Both the position numbers and the translations under genes were made by a program. A stretch of 64,000 bases of DNA from Myxococcales bacterium (GTDB lineage: Bacteria > Myxococcota_A > UBA9042 > JABWCM01 > BTVJ01). Every line of letters begins with the position of its first letter. Position 1 is the stretch's first letter. The stretch spans positions 71,663 to 135,662 of the forward strand of contig BTVJ01000015.1 in NCBI GenBank assembly GCA_045863395.1. Reading direction: 5' to 3'. The notes under the pieces were generated by a model. It was given only the letters and a program-made list of their open reading frames with translations, did no database searches and had not been told where the DNA came from. Below are positions 31,426 through 40,338 of this stretch, in pieces.

Positions 31426-33510
31426 ATGCTCCACCGGAGCGCCCGCCGTCTCCTCCTGAGCCTCCTCTTCGTTGGATGTACCGGCTCGTCCGGAGGGTCC
31501 GACGCCGGGCTCGGGACGAGCGACGCACCTGCCGGGGGAGCCCCCGACGGAGGCAGCCCGGCCGACGTGGCCACGAGCCCTGACCAGGGCGGGGGCGACG
31601 GGGCGAGCCTCGACGGGGTGGCCGACACGGTGGAGGTCGGACCGGACACGGCGGACGCCGGCGACTCCGAGGTCGTCGCTGACGCGGCACAGGACACAGC
31701 GGTCGACGGCGGCGCCGAGACGGACGCCGCGGCACCTTGCGCCCCCTCGCTCTGCGACGACGGCGACCCGTGCACCACCGATGGGTGCGAGGGCGGCGTG
31801 TGTGTCCACCTCCCCATGGTGTGCGACGACGGCGACCCCTGCACCGACGACGCCTGCGCCCTCGGCGTGTGTGGTGCCTCGCTCGCGCCGTCGAGTGAGG
31901 CGTGCTGCTACGAGGGCGTGCTGCTCCAGGCGGGCTTCGAGGGCGCCTCGACGGGCGGCTTCTTCCTGGCGGATCTCGCCTCCAGCGCTTCGCCGGCCGT
32001 GACGTGGCAGCCCCACGACGGTCGCGCCCGCGACGGGGTGTGGGCCCTCTACTTCGGCATCCCGGGCGAGCAGACCTTCGACAACGGGCTGCCCGTGAAG
32101 GCGAGCGCGACGAGCAAGGCTCTGACGTTCCCCGCCGGCCTCCCCGTGGAGCTGTCCTTCTGGGCATGGCTCGACGTGGAGGAGGGTCGCTCCTGGGACG
32201 TGCTCACGGTGGCCGTCATCCGGGGCGAGGACGTGGTGCCCGTCTGGGCCAAGAGCTACGGGACGCCGCTCAGGGAGTGGTTCCGGGTGTCCGTGAACCT
32301 GACCGCCTTCGCAAACCAGACCGTGCAGCTCATGCTGGTCTTCGACTCCGTGGACGCCACCATCAACGACGGGGAGGGCGTCTATATAGATGATGTCCGC
32401 TTGCTCGCCCTGTGCCCCGCCCCGCCTTGCGCCACGACCGCCGACTGCGACGACTCCCTGGCCTGTACGGCGGAGTCTTGCGGAGGCGGGAGCTGCGTCT
32501 ATGGCGTCTCCCCCGCCTGCTGTGCGTCCGACGTGGACTGCGACGACGACGACGTCTGCACCATCGACTACTGTGACCCAGTGGGGGGCTGCGCCCACGT
32601 CCCCGTAGGAAACCCGCTCTGCTGCAACGGCGTCGCCGACTGCGACGACGGCAACCCCTGCACGACGGACGCCTGCACCGGGGGCGAGTGCAAGCACAGC
32701 GTGGCGCCGACGCCCGGCTGCTGCGGGAGCAAGGCCGCGTGCAACGATGGCGACCCCTGCACCATCGACTCCTGCGACGCGTATCAGTGCTTCCACGTGA
32801 ACACCTGCTGCTTCTCGGACGCGGAGTGCGACGACGGCGACACGGTCTGTACGGTGGACTCGTGCATCGGCGGCGCCTGCGTGTTCGCCCCGACGGGCGC
32901 CCCCGGGTGCTGCGAGGCGGCGCCTGGCGCGTGGACGTTCGACGGGGGCGTCGAGGAGTGGACATTCGTGAACTCGGCTGGCCTCGACAAGGGGTTCCAG
33001 GTGTGGACCGGGTCCCCCAAGACCAAGAGCCCGCCAGGGGTGCTCTACTATGGTGACCCGCTCAAGGCCAACTTCGACTTCGGCAAGTCGAACGGCAGCG
33101 CGACGTCGCCGCCGGTGAAGCTGGACGCGCCGGGCAAGGTGACGGTGGCCTTCGACCTCTACGTGGAGACGGAGGCCGGCGACTTCTACGACGCCGTGAT
33201 CCTCTGGGTGGTGCCCGACGGGGGTAAGGCCGCGCAGGTGTGGGCGAAGGGGTCCAGCACGCCGCAGGGGACGTGGACCCCAGTGTCAGTCGACCTGTCC
33301 GCGTGGGCGGGGAAGACGGTGCGCCTGCGCTTCGAGATGGACACGAAGGACGGGGCGGCCAACGGGGGGTTCGGGGTGGCCATCGACAACGTGGCCATCA
33401 CCAACACCTGCATCGCCACGAGCTGCGCCCAGGCCAGCGAGTGCAGTGACGGCCACGTCGCGACGACGGATCAGTGCGTCGCGGGGGTCTGCCAGTACGT
33501 GACTCAGTAG
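31426..33510 (+). CDS. Cys-rich lipoprotein with CDDGDPCT repeats and two MAM/jelly-roll-like domains
   Basis: Lipobox FVGC; Dictyostelium-type repeats; two domains with LYFG/LYYG..WD/YD..V.L..AG.TV..IDD/NV. Confidence 0.85.
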   Translation: MLHRSARRLLLSLLFVGCTGSSGGSDAGLGTSDAPAGGAPDGGSPADVATSPDQGGGDGASLDGVADTVEVGPDTADAGDSEVVADAAQDTAVDGGAETDAAAPCAPSLCDDGDPCTTDGCEGGVCVHLPMVCDDGDPCTDDACALGVCGASLAPSSEACCYEGVLLQAGFEGASTGGFFLADLASSASPAVTWQPHDGRARDGVWALYFGIPGEQTFDNGLPVKASATSKALTFPAGLPVELSFWAWLDVEEGRSWDVLTVAVIRGEDVVPVWAKSYGTPLREWFRVSVNLTAFANQTVQLMLVFDSVDATINDGEGVYIDDVRLLALCPAPPCATTADCDDSLACTAESCGGGSCVYGVSPACCASDVDCDDDDVCTIDYCDPVGGCAHVPVGNPLCCNGVADCDDGNPCTTDACTGGECKHSVAPTPGCCGSKAACNDGDPCTIDSCDAYQCFHVNTCCFSDAECDDGDTVCTVDSCIGGACVFAPTGAPGCCEAAPGAWTFDGGVEEWTFVNSAGLDKGFQVWTGSPKTKSPPGVLYYGDPLKANFDFGKSNGSATSPPVKLDAPGKVTVAFDLYVETEAGDFYDAVILWVVPDGGKAAQVWAKGSSTPQGTWTPVSVDLSAWAGKTVRLRFEMDTKDGAANGGFGVAIDNVAITNTCIATSCAQASECSDGHVATTDQCVAGVCQYVTQ

Positions 33511-35252
33511 ATACGGCGCCGGAGCGCGGCGAGCCCCACGAGAAGGAGCCCGCCGATGCCGGCGGCCCCGCCGGAGGCGCCGCAGCCGCTGCTCCCGGAC
33601 CCGGACCCCGAGGTGACCACACCCTTCGGGCCCGTGGTCGCCGGGTTGCCCTTCCCGCCGTTGTCTGGCTCGGTCTCCAGCTCCTCGATGACCTTCGGGA
33701 CCTCCCGGGTGTCGAGCTGCTGGTCGTAGTACTCGACGGTCTCCCGCGGCACGACGCGGCCGGCGCCCGAGGTGCTCATCAGCGTGATGCTGTCCGCGGC
33801 GGGCTCGCCCTCGCCTCCGGCCATGGGCTGCCCCCACCAGTTGTCGAAGGGCCCCTGGAGCTCGAAGGTCTCTCCGCCCTCGAGCGTGATGATCACGGCC
33901 TGGGGCTTGTCGTCCTCGCCGCAGATCGCCTTGGCGCTCGCCTGGTGCACGTTGCTCACGTCGGGCAGCTCGGAGTTGAAGTCGAACAGCGGGTCGCGGT
34001 TCATCTCGTCGGGCGACACGGTCGTGTAGAGCCGCGTGATCTTCGGGAAGGCGCTCAGCATGGCCTGGGCTGCCTTCTGAGGCTCGATGATCTTCTCGAC
34101 CAGGTCGGCGACGAAGGCCTCCGGGTCGAACGCGAAGCCCGCGAGGGCCTCTGCGTAGCACTCGAGGCAGTTGTAGAACTGCTGCTCGGTGACGCCCTGC
34201 GCGGCGAGCGACGACGGCATGGGGATGTGCTTGCGCAGCAGCCCCTGCATCTGGGAGTCCCGGGGGAAGCCCTGCTGGAGGAGCTGCATCACGAAGTCGG
34301 CGGGGCTCTTCGCGGCCTTGAGCGCCGCCAGGTTGTACTGCCCCTCGTTGTAGACGAGGGTGGTCCAGCTCTCCGTGGAGCCGGCGAACTCCGTGACGAA
34401 GCCGTGGCCCGCCGCCTCGTTGACGGCTGCCGTGACGACGTCGTTGTAGTTGGAGCCGCCGTTGATCCAGTCGATCTTCTTCTGGTTGATCTCGACGTGG
34501 AACCAGTTGGTCGGGATGGCGCGGGCCTCCCCGAGCACCCAGATTCGCACCGGCATGTCCGCGACGGCCGCGATGCGGGTGAGGATGAGCGGCACGCAGG
34601 GCTGGCTCTCCTTGAAGTCCAGGACCACGGGCTGGATGTCGCCGACCCCCGCGTTCTGGCTCAGCTTGAGGGCCACGAACAGCATGTTCTGCGCCAGGTA
34701 GTGCTCGATGAGGGGCAGGGACTCCGCCGGCTGGTCGAAGCCGTTGGCGTTGAGCCAGTCGATCAGCGCCTTCGCGTCCTTGGATTCCAGAGTGACCGTG
34801 TTGTAAGGGCCTACCTCTTTGGTCTCGAGGACCGTCACACCGTTGCCGCCGTCCCCGGCGCCCGCGCTCGGCGCCGCGTCCTCCGCGAAGCCCCACCAGA
34901 AGCCGCACTGGTCCTGGTAGTCCCAGTTGAGGTACCACTGGGGCTCGGTGGCCGACCGGAGCTGGGTGAACAGGGACTGGGTGCCGACGCTGATCTCGGG
35001 CTTGGACGCCACCGGGACCACCCACGCGAAGTCCTCCGCCTCGCCGGCGAAGGAGATCTGGATGTGCGCGGTGACGTGACCCTCCTTCACGGCGAACACG
35101 ATCTGCTCGCCGCTCTGATCGATGGGGACCTGACTGCAGAAGAACCCTCCACACGCCTCGGCGGGGGTCGCGTCGAGGGCGACCAGGGGCACCGCCAGGG
35201 ACAGCGCGAGCGCTGCGCTCCACACCCTGGCGCGGAACCGTCGCTCCTTCAT
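33504..35252 (-). CDS. DUF2330 protein with MYXO-CTERM sorting signal
   Basis: AEACGGFFC, DFAWVVPV, VGPY, WLNANGF, FVALKL; C-terminal SSGCG..LLLVGLAALRRR. Confidence 0.9.
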   Translation of the reverse strand: MKERRFRARVWSAALALSLAVPLVALDATPAEACGGFFCSQVPIDQSGEQIVFAVKEGHVTAHIQISFAGEAEDFAWVVPVASKPEISVGTQSLFTQLRSATEPQWYLNWDYQDQCGFWWGFAEDAAPSAGAGDGGNGVTVLETKEVGPYNTVTLESKDAKALIDWLNANGFDQPAESLPLIEHYLAQNMLFVALKLSQNAGVGDIQPVVLDFKESQPCVPLILTRIAAVADMPVRIWVLGEARAIPTNWFHVEINQKKIDWINGGSNYNDVVTAAVNEAAGHGFVTEFAGSTESWTTLVYNEGQYNLAALKAAKSPADFVMQLLQQGFPRDSQMQGLLRKHIPMPSSLAAQGVTEQQFYNCLECYAEALAGFAFDPEAFVADLVEKIIEPQKAAQAMLSAFPKITRLYTTVSPDEMNRDPLFDFNSELPDVSNVHQASAKAICGEDDKPQAVIITLEGGETFELQGPFDNWWGQPMAGGEGEPAADSITLMSTSGAGRVVPRETVEYYDQQLDTREVPKVIEELETEPDNGGKGNPATTGPKGVVTSGSGSGSSGCGASGGAAGIGGLLLVGLAALRRRIY

Positions 35253-35296
35253 GATCATCACCTCAGTGCTTGAGTTTCGGGGGACCTGGGAACTGT

Positions 35297-35313
35297 AGCA
35301 CGGCGCGTGCCAG
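35297..35313 (-). promoter_or_regulatory. Putative sigma54 promoter for the DUF2330 gene
   Basis: Minus strand CTGGCACGCGCCGTGCT, 45 nt upstream of the start codon. Confidence 0.6.
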
Positions 35314-35398
35314 AACGCCAATCTCTCGTCTTTTCCAACTGTTACAGCGGAGGCACGGCAACGGGAGTGCGCGTCTTGGCACAGGCTGCGCACCTTCT

Positions 35399-37219
35399 CT
35401 ACACGGCCTCGGGCTCCGTGACCTCGCCTTCGGAGCCGGCGACGATCCGGGCGCCGATGAGGTCACCCCAGACGTTGACCGTGGTGCGCACCATGTCCAG
35501 GAGCCGGTCCACGCCGATGATCAGCGCGATGCCCTCGTCGGGCAGGCCTACGGCGCGCAGCACGAGGAGCATGGTCACGAGGCCCGCGCTCGGGATGCCC
35601 GCCGCCCCGATCGCCGCCAGGGTCGCCGTCAGGAAGATGACGAGCTGCTCCGCCATGCCGAGCTCGATGCCGTAGATCTGCGCGATGAACAGCGCGGCGA
35701 CCGCCTCGTAGAGGGCCGTGCCGTCCATGTTGACGGTGGCGCCGAGCGGCAGGACGAAGCTCGCGATGCGGTTCGAGACGCCGGCCTTCTTCTCGACGGC
35801 CTCGAGGCTCACGGGCAGGGTCGCCGACGACGAGGCGGTCGAGAAGGCGGTGATCAGCGGCTGCGCCATGCGCTTGAAGTAGATGAGGGGGCTGGTCCGG
35901 GCGACGAGCCACAGGATCAAGGGGAGGACCACGACGCCGTGGATCAGGAGGCCCAAGACGACCGTCGCCATGTACCAGGCCAGCTTGACCAGGGCCTCGG
36001 GCCCCATCTCGGCGGCGAGCTTGCCGAGCAGCGCGGCCACGCCGATGGGCGCCGTCCACATGATGACGTCGGTCATCTTCATGACCGCCTGGAAGAGGCC
36101 GTCCATGAAGGCGACCACCGGCTTCCCCGGGGCGCCGACCAGGGACAGGGCGATGCCGAAGAAGAGCCCGAAGAAGATGATCCCGAGGACTTCCGCGTTG
36201 ACGAAGGCCCCGAGCAGGTTGGCGGGGACGATGCTGAGGAGCACGTCGCCGAGTGGGACGGGCTCGGCGGTCGGCCGGCGGCCGAGCACGATGAGGGTCC
36301 ACGGCTGCCCCGGACCGAGCTCCGTGGCCTTGATGCTCGTCAGCGCCGCGCGGGTGCCTCCGGCAAGGCGGACCACCACGTCCTGCCCCGGCGTGGTCCG
36401 GATGGTGGCCACGTCCGCATCCCAGAGGAGGGGCTCCGCGAGGGGCTCTCCGGCGCCAGTCTCGGCGACGAGGGCGGGCAGAGAAGGCGCGCCATGCACG
36501 AGGCGCAGGACGACCCGCGCCGGGTCCACGGGAAGATCGGGGATGACCCGCGCCCGCAGCGTCCCCGTCGAGGCCCGGCCCGTCACGACGACGGTGGCGC
36601 CCGCGCCCGCCTCGAAGCGCGCCCCGGAGAGCTTCGCCAGCTCCTTGCCGTTGCCGTCGGTCAGGCGCAGGTCCACCACGCCGGGCGCGATGGCGACGGG
36701 TGCGGCCGAGACGCCGTAGCCCACGCGCTCGAAGAGGGTCGACCCAACGGCGGTGGACAGAGAGAGCTGGGGGACGTCCTGGGCGCCATTGATCAGCCCC
36801 GCGCGCGCCTCGTGGGGCGGGATGGGGAGCGCCTCCTGCCGCAGGAGCAGCCCGTCGGCGGCGATGGCGCGCTCCTCGCCCCGGTCGCCGGGCCGAATGA
36901 GGTTGACCAGCAGGAGCCCCAGGACGACGGCGATCCCGGTCGTGCTCATGTAGTAGAGGAAGGTCTTGGCGCCGATGCGCCCGAGGCGCGAGAGGTCGTC
37001 CCCGAGGCTGGCGACGCCGAGCACGATGCTCGTGAAGACCAGGGGGATGACGATCATCTTGAGCAGGTTCACGAAGAGGGCGCCGGGGTAGGCCATCCAC
37101 TCGGCGAAGGGCTTGCCGTGTCCCGCCGCGCCGAACGCGAGGCCGGCCCCGAGCCCGACCACCATGCCGAGCAGGATCAGCCAGTGGAGCTGCCGGTACC
37201 AGGGCCTGGCGCGGTTCAT
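35399..37219 (-). CDS. Dicarboxylate/amino acid:cation symporter (SDF/GltP family) with inserted DUF4397-like domain
   Basis: FVNLLKMIVIPLVF, AFSTASSSATLP, NMDGT, AGIPSAG, DRLLDMVRTTVNVWGD. Confidence 0.92.
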   Translation of the reverse strand: MNRARPWYRQLHWLILLGMVVGLGAGLAFGAAGHGKPFAEWMAYPGALFVNLLKMIVIPLVFTSIVLGVASLGDDLSRLGRIGAKTFLYYMSTTGIAVVLGLLLVNLIRPGDRGEERAIAADGLLLRQEALPIPPHEARAGLINGAQDVPQLSLSTAVGSTLFERVGYGVSAAPVAIAPGVVDLRLTDGNGKELAKLSGARFEAGAGATVVVTGRASTGTLRARVIPDLPVDPARVVLRLVHGAPSLPALVAETGAGEPLAEPLLWDADVATIRTTPGQDVVVRLAGGTRAALTSIKATELGPGQPWTLIVLGRRPTAEPVPLGDVLLSIVPANLLGAFVNAEVLGIIFFGLFFGIALSLVGAPGKPVVAFMDGLFQAVMKMTDVIMWTAPIGVAALLGKLAAEMGPEALVKLAWYMATVVLGLLIHGVVVLPLILWLVARTSPLIYFKRMAQPLITAFSTASSSATLPVSLEAVEKKAGVSNRIASFVLPLGATVNMDGTALYEAVAALFIAQIYGIELGMAEQLVIFLTATLAAIGAAGIPSAGLVTMLLVLRAVGLPDEGIALIIGVDRLLDMVRTTVNVWGDLIGARIVAGSEGEVTEPEAV

Positions 37220-37529
37220 GGAGCCTCCGGGGCGCGAGGGGAGCCCCGGGTGTACCCGACGGCCCAGGGAGCGTCAAGTCCTGGGCGTGCCACGACGCCG
37301 CAACCCGCACTCGCAGGACCGTGGGAGTGAACCCTCCGGAACGGGCGGCTCGCGCCGTGTCGCCTCGACGCGCCGGAGCCTGTCGCGCCTGGTCGCCTTG
37401 ACACGCAGAGGCTCGTTTGAGAGCTTGCTGCCGCCTCGCGCCCGGCGAGCGCCTCGTGGACAACCAGCGCGTCCGAGCGGCCCTCGGCGCCGCGACCCCT
37501 CCCAAGAGGTCGCCACCGGAGCCCCCCGC

Positions 37530-38363
37530 ATGCGCGTGTTCAGCTACCGCGAGGACCGGATCCCGGTCGCCATCTTCACCGCCCTCTTCGTCGCCGACCT
37601 CGCGATCTTCGCCTTCGTGGACAGCCTGCTGTTCGTGGCTCTGTGGGCTGCCCTGGGGCTCCTGCCCAAGGCGTACATCTCAGCGTGGAACCACCACCAC
37701 CAGCACGTGGCGACGTTCCGGTACGGGCTCCCCAACCGGCTCCTGGAGCTGGTCTTCGCCCTCCAGACCGGCGTGGTGGGGTACACCTGGGTGCTGCACC
37801 ACGTGCTGGGCCACCACGGAAACTACCTCGACCAGACCCGAGACGAGTCGCGGTGGAAGCGCAAGGACGGCACCACCATGGGGGCCCTGCGCTACACCTT
37901 CGAGGTGGCCCTGACCGCCTACCCGCGCGCCATCGGCGTCGGGCTCAGGCATAGGAAGGTGCTGGCGCGCTTTGTCGGCATGGTGGTCCTGACGGTCGCG
38001 GTGCTCGCCGCGCTCCTGTGGGCGCGACCGGCGGCGGCCCTGCTGCTCTTCGTGCTGCCCATGGTCACGTCGCTGCTCGCCGTGTCGTGGGCGACCTACT
38101 CCCACCACGCGGGCGTCGACTCGGACAACCACTTCGAGGCGTCCAACAACACGATGCACCCGCTCTACAACATCCTGACGGGCAACCTGGGCTACCACAC
38201 GGCCCACCACTATCGCCAGGGAGTGCATTGGTCTCGCCTGCCCGCCCTCCACGCGAAGATCGCGGACCGCATCCCCAAGGAGCGCTACCTCCCCCCGAGC
38301 TTCCCCCTCTCGTGGGTGATGACGCCGCGGGCCGAGGACGTGGTGACTGCGGCGAGGGAGTGA
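37530..38363 (+). CDS. Membrane fatty acid desaturase family protein
   Basis: Histidine boxes NHHHQH, HHVLGHH, HTAHH; TM helices. Confidence 0.88.
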   Translation: MRVFSYREDRIPVAIFTALFVADLAIFAFVDSLLFVALWAALGLLPKAYISAWNHHHQHVATFRYGLPNRLLELVFALQTGVVGYTWVLHHVLGHHGNYLDQTRDESRWKRKDGTTMGALRYTFEVALTAYPRAIGVGLRHRKVLARFVGMVVLTVAVLAALLWARPAAALLLFVLPMVTSLLAVSWATYSHHAGVDSDNHFEASNNTMHPLYNILTGNLGYHTAHHYRQGVHWSRLPALHAKIADRIPKERYLPPSFPLSWVMTPRAEDVVTAARE

Positions 38364-38553
38364 CGGAGGACGAGACGCTCGCTCGATGCGCGTCGCGCCT
38401 CTCTCGACGCTGCCCTCCTGCGTCACACCGGAATCAGGCTCGACGGGAGTCACACTCACCGCTATGCTTGGCCCGCCCTCCGGCCCGGCGATGTGTGGCT
38501 CAGTGCTGGAGGCACATTTCCACGACCAGCTACGGAGCGGGGAGAGGTGTCAG

Positions 38554-40176
38554 ATGAGGACGATGGTATGGGTCGCCGTTGCCGCGCTGCTGGCGGCGTG
38601 CGCCTCGGACGATGACGCTGCGGCAGGCAGCGACGCGACGGGCGGCGGCGAAGACGCGCTGCTTGCTGACGACGGAGGCCAGGCGGGGGAGGGAGACTCC
38701 GCAGAGCCGGACGTGGCCGGGGGTGACTCCGGCGGCGGCGACGCTGGCTTGATCGGAGACGGAGGAGGCGACGGGTCGGGCGGAGATACCACGGTCGACA
38801 CCTCCTTGGGTGACGCCGACTCGCACGGATCCGACGGCTCCACACCGGATGCCGAGGGAACAAAGACGCCCGAGATCGTGAGCCTCAAGGCGCAAGGGGC
38901 CGGCCCGAAGGGCCTGGACCTTCGCATCCGCATCCTGGGCTCCGACCCGGACGGGGACGCCATCGCGGCGCGGGTTCGCGTCCTGGACGCTAGCGGCGGT
39001 GGCGTGCTGGCCTTCGGCCCTCCGGTCGACGAGGAGTTCGACGGATCGCTGACGCTCATCGCCCTCCCGGCCGACACGGGCAAGCCCCCTGGCATCGACG
39101 CCGTGCTGAAGCTGGCTGGACTCCTCGGCACCTACCCTGCCATCGCACGTGTGGAGGTCGCCTTGCTGGATGCGGCAGGAAACGTCTCGGACGTCGCGAC
39201 TGCCGAGGTGGCGGTTCAGCCGGTGAAGGCGCTCGGTGAGCCGTGCGACCCCGCCAAGGAGCTGGACCGCTGCGAGTACGGCTACGGCTGCGGGGGCACC
39301 CCTCCCGCGTGCCAGGAGGGGAAGGCCCCGGCCATCACGAAGCTCGCCTACCTGACCTTCCCCGAGGGAGCCAAGATCCTCGTCCAGGGGACGGAGCCCG
39401 AGGACGATCTGGCGGCCATCGACCTGGACTTCCTCGACAAGGCGGGCAAGCCCGTCACCATCGACCTGGACAACGATGGCGTTCCCGACGCATCGAGCTT
39501 CAGCGTGGACGCCCACGGCGCGGCCGTCGACGGGGCCTTCGTCGTCGTTGTCCAGACGGCGGAGACCTTCCAGACCCTCGTCGCCAAGGTCGCGGCCACT
39601 CCTTCCGATGACCACGGCCACATGGGCAAGGCGGTGACAGCCGCTCAGACGAAGCCTCCCGTGAAGGCGCTCGGAGCCGTATGCAGCCCAGACGGCTTCG
39701 ACCTCTGCAAAGACGAAAGCCTGTGCGCTCCCAAGGCAGGAACGACGGCGTGGACCTGCCAGAGCGCAAACGCGCTCCGCAAGGCGGCGTGCGAGGCGGC
39801 AAAGCTCATCGAAGTGGGGTCTACGGTCAGCGGCGTCGCTACCGGAGCGAGCCTCTGGGACGCTCCGGTCGGGTGTCAGGGCACGGACCCCACGGGTCGC
39901 CCCGAGGGGCTCGCCCGCCTCCACCTGCAAACACCGCTCGCTTCGTTGACCTTGTCCACAGGTCACCCGGGCACCAACTTCGACACCGTGGTCTACGTCT
40001 TCGAAGGATGTGGCGATGCCCCGGCGGCAGTGCCCCTGGTGTGCGGAGACGACAGCCTGGCAGGCGGCGCGTCTCTCGTCACCATGGAAGACGTGGCCGC
40101 TGGTGACTACCTGATCGTCATCGACTCCTTCGACACAGCCGGTGGGTCCTTCGTGCTGTCCGCCGTGGCTCCCTGA
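38554..40176 (+). CDS. Cys-containing lipoprotein with DLDNDG motif and PPC-like C-terminus
   Basis: Lipobox LAAC; D/G-rich linker; FDTVVYV..C..CGDD..GDYLIVID; paralog of 42341..43690. Confidence 0.8.
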   Translation: MRTMVWVAVAALLAACASDDDAAAGSDATGGGEDALLADDGGQAGEGDSAEPDVAGGDSGGGDAGLIGDGGGDGSGGDTTVDTSLGDADSHGSDGSTPDAEGTKTPEIVSLKAQGAGPKGLDLRIRILGSDPDGDAIAARVRVLDASGGGVLAFGPPVDEEFDGSLTLIALPADTGKPPGIDAVLKLAGLLGTYPAIARVEVALLDAAGNVSDVATAEVAVQPVKALGEPCDPAKELDRCEYGYGCGGTPPACQEGKAPAITKLAYLTFPEGAKILVQGTEPEDDLAAIDLDFLDKAGKPVTIDLDNDGVPDASSFSVDAHGAAVDGAFVVVVQTAETFQTLVAKVAATPSDDHGHMGKAVTAAQTKPPVKALGAVCSPDGFDLCKDESLCAPKAGTTAWTCQSANALRKAACEAAKLIEVGSTVSGVATGASLWDAPVGCQGTDPTGRPEGLARLHLQTPLASLTLSTGHPGTNFDTVVYVFEGCGDAPAAVPLVCGDDSLAGGASLVTMEDVAAGDYLIVIDSFDTAGGSFVLSAVAP

Positions 40177-40338
40177 CCAGCCGCCGGCGATTTTACCTCC
40201 CGCTAGAAATTCCCGTTGACGTCGAACGGAAGGTCAAGCTAGGGTCGCCCGCAACTGCTTCAAGCAGACGGACGGCGACACACGAGGCGCCGGCGGCTGG
40301 GCCGTAACCGGCAGATGTTCATTCCAACGGAGGAGACC

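Noticed and set aside
35376..35393. Plus-strand sigma54-like TTGGCACAGGCTGCGC
   Set aside because: It points antisense into the symporter with no plus-strand gene downstream.
40216..40237. TTGAC-N12-GTCAA inverted repeat upstream of the RTX gene
   Set aside because: Only 5-bp arms and a single occurrence; cannot be told from chance or a plain -35 element.
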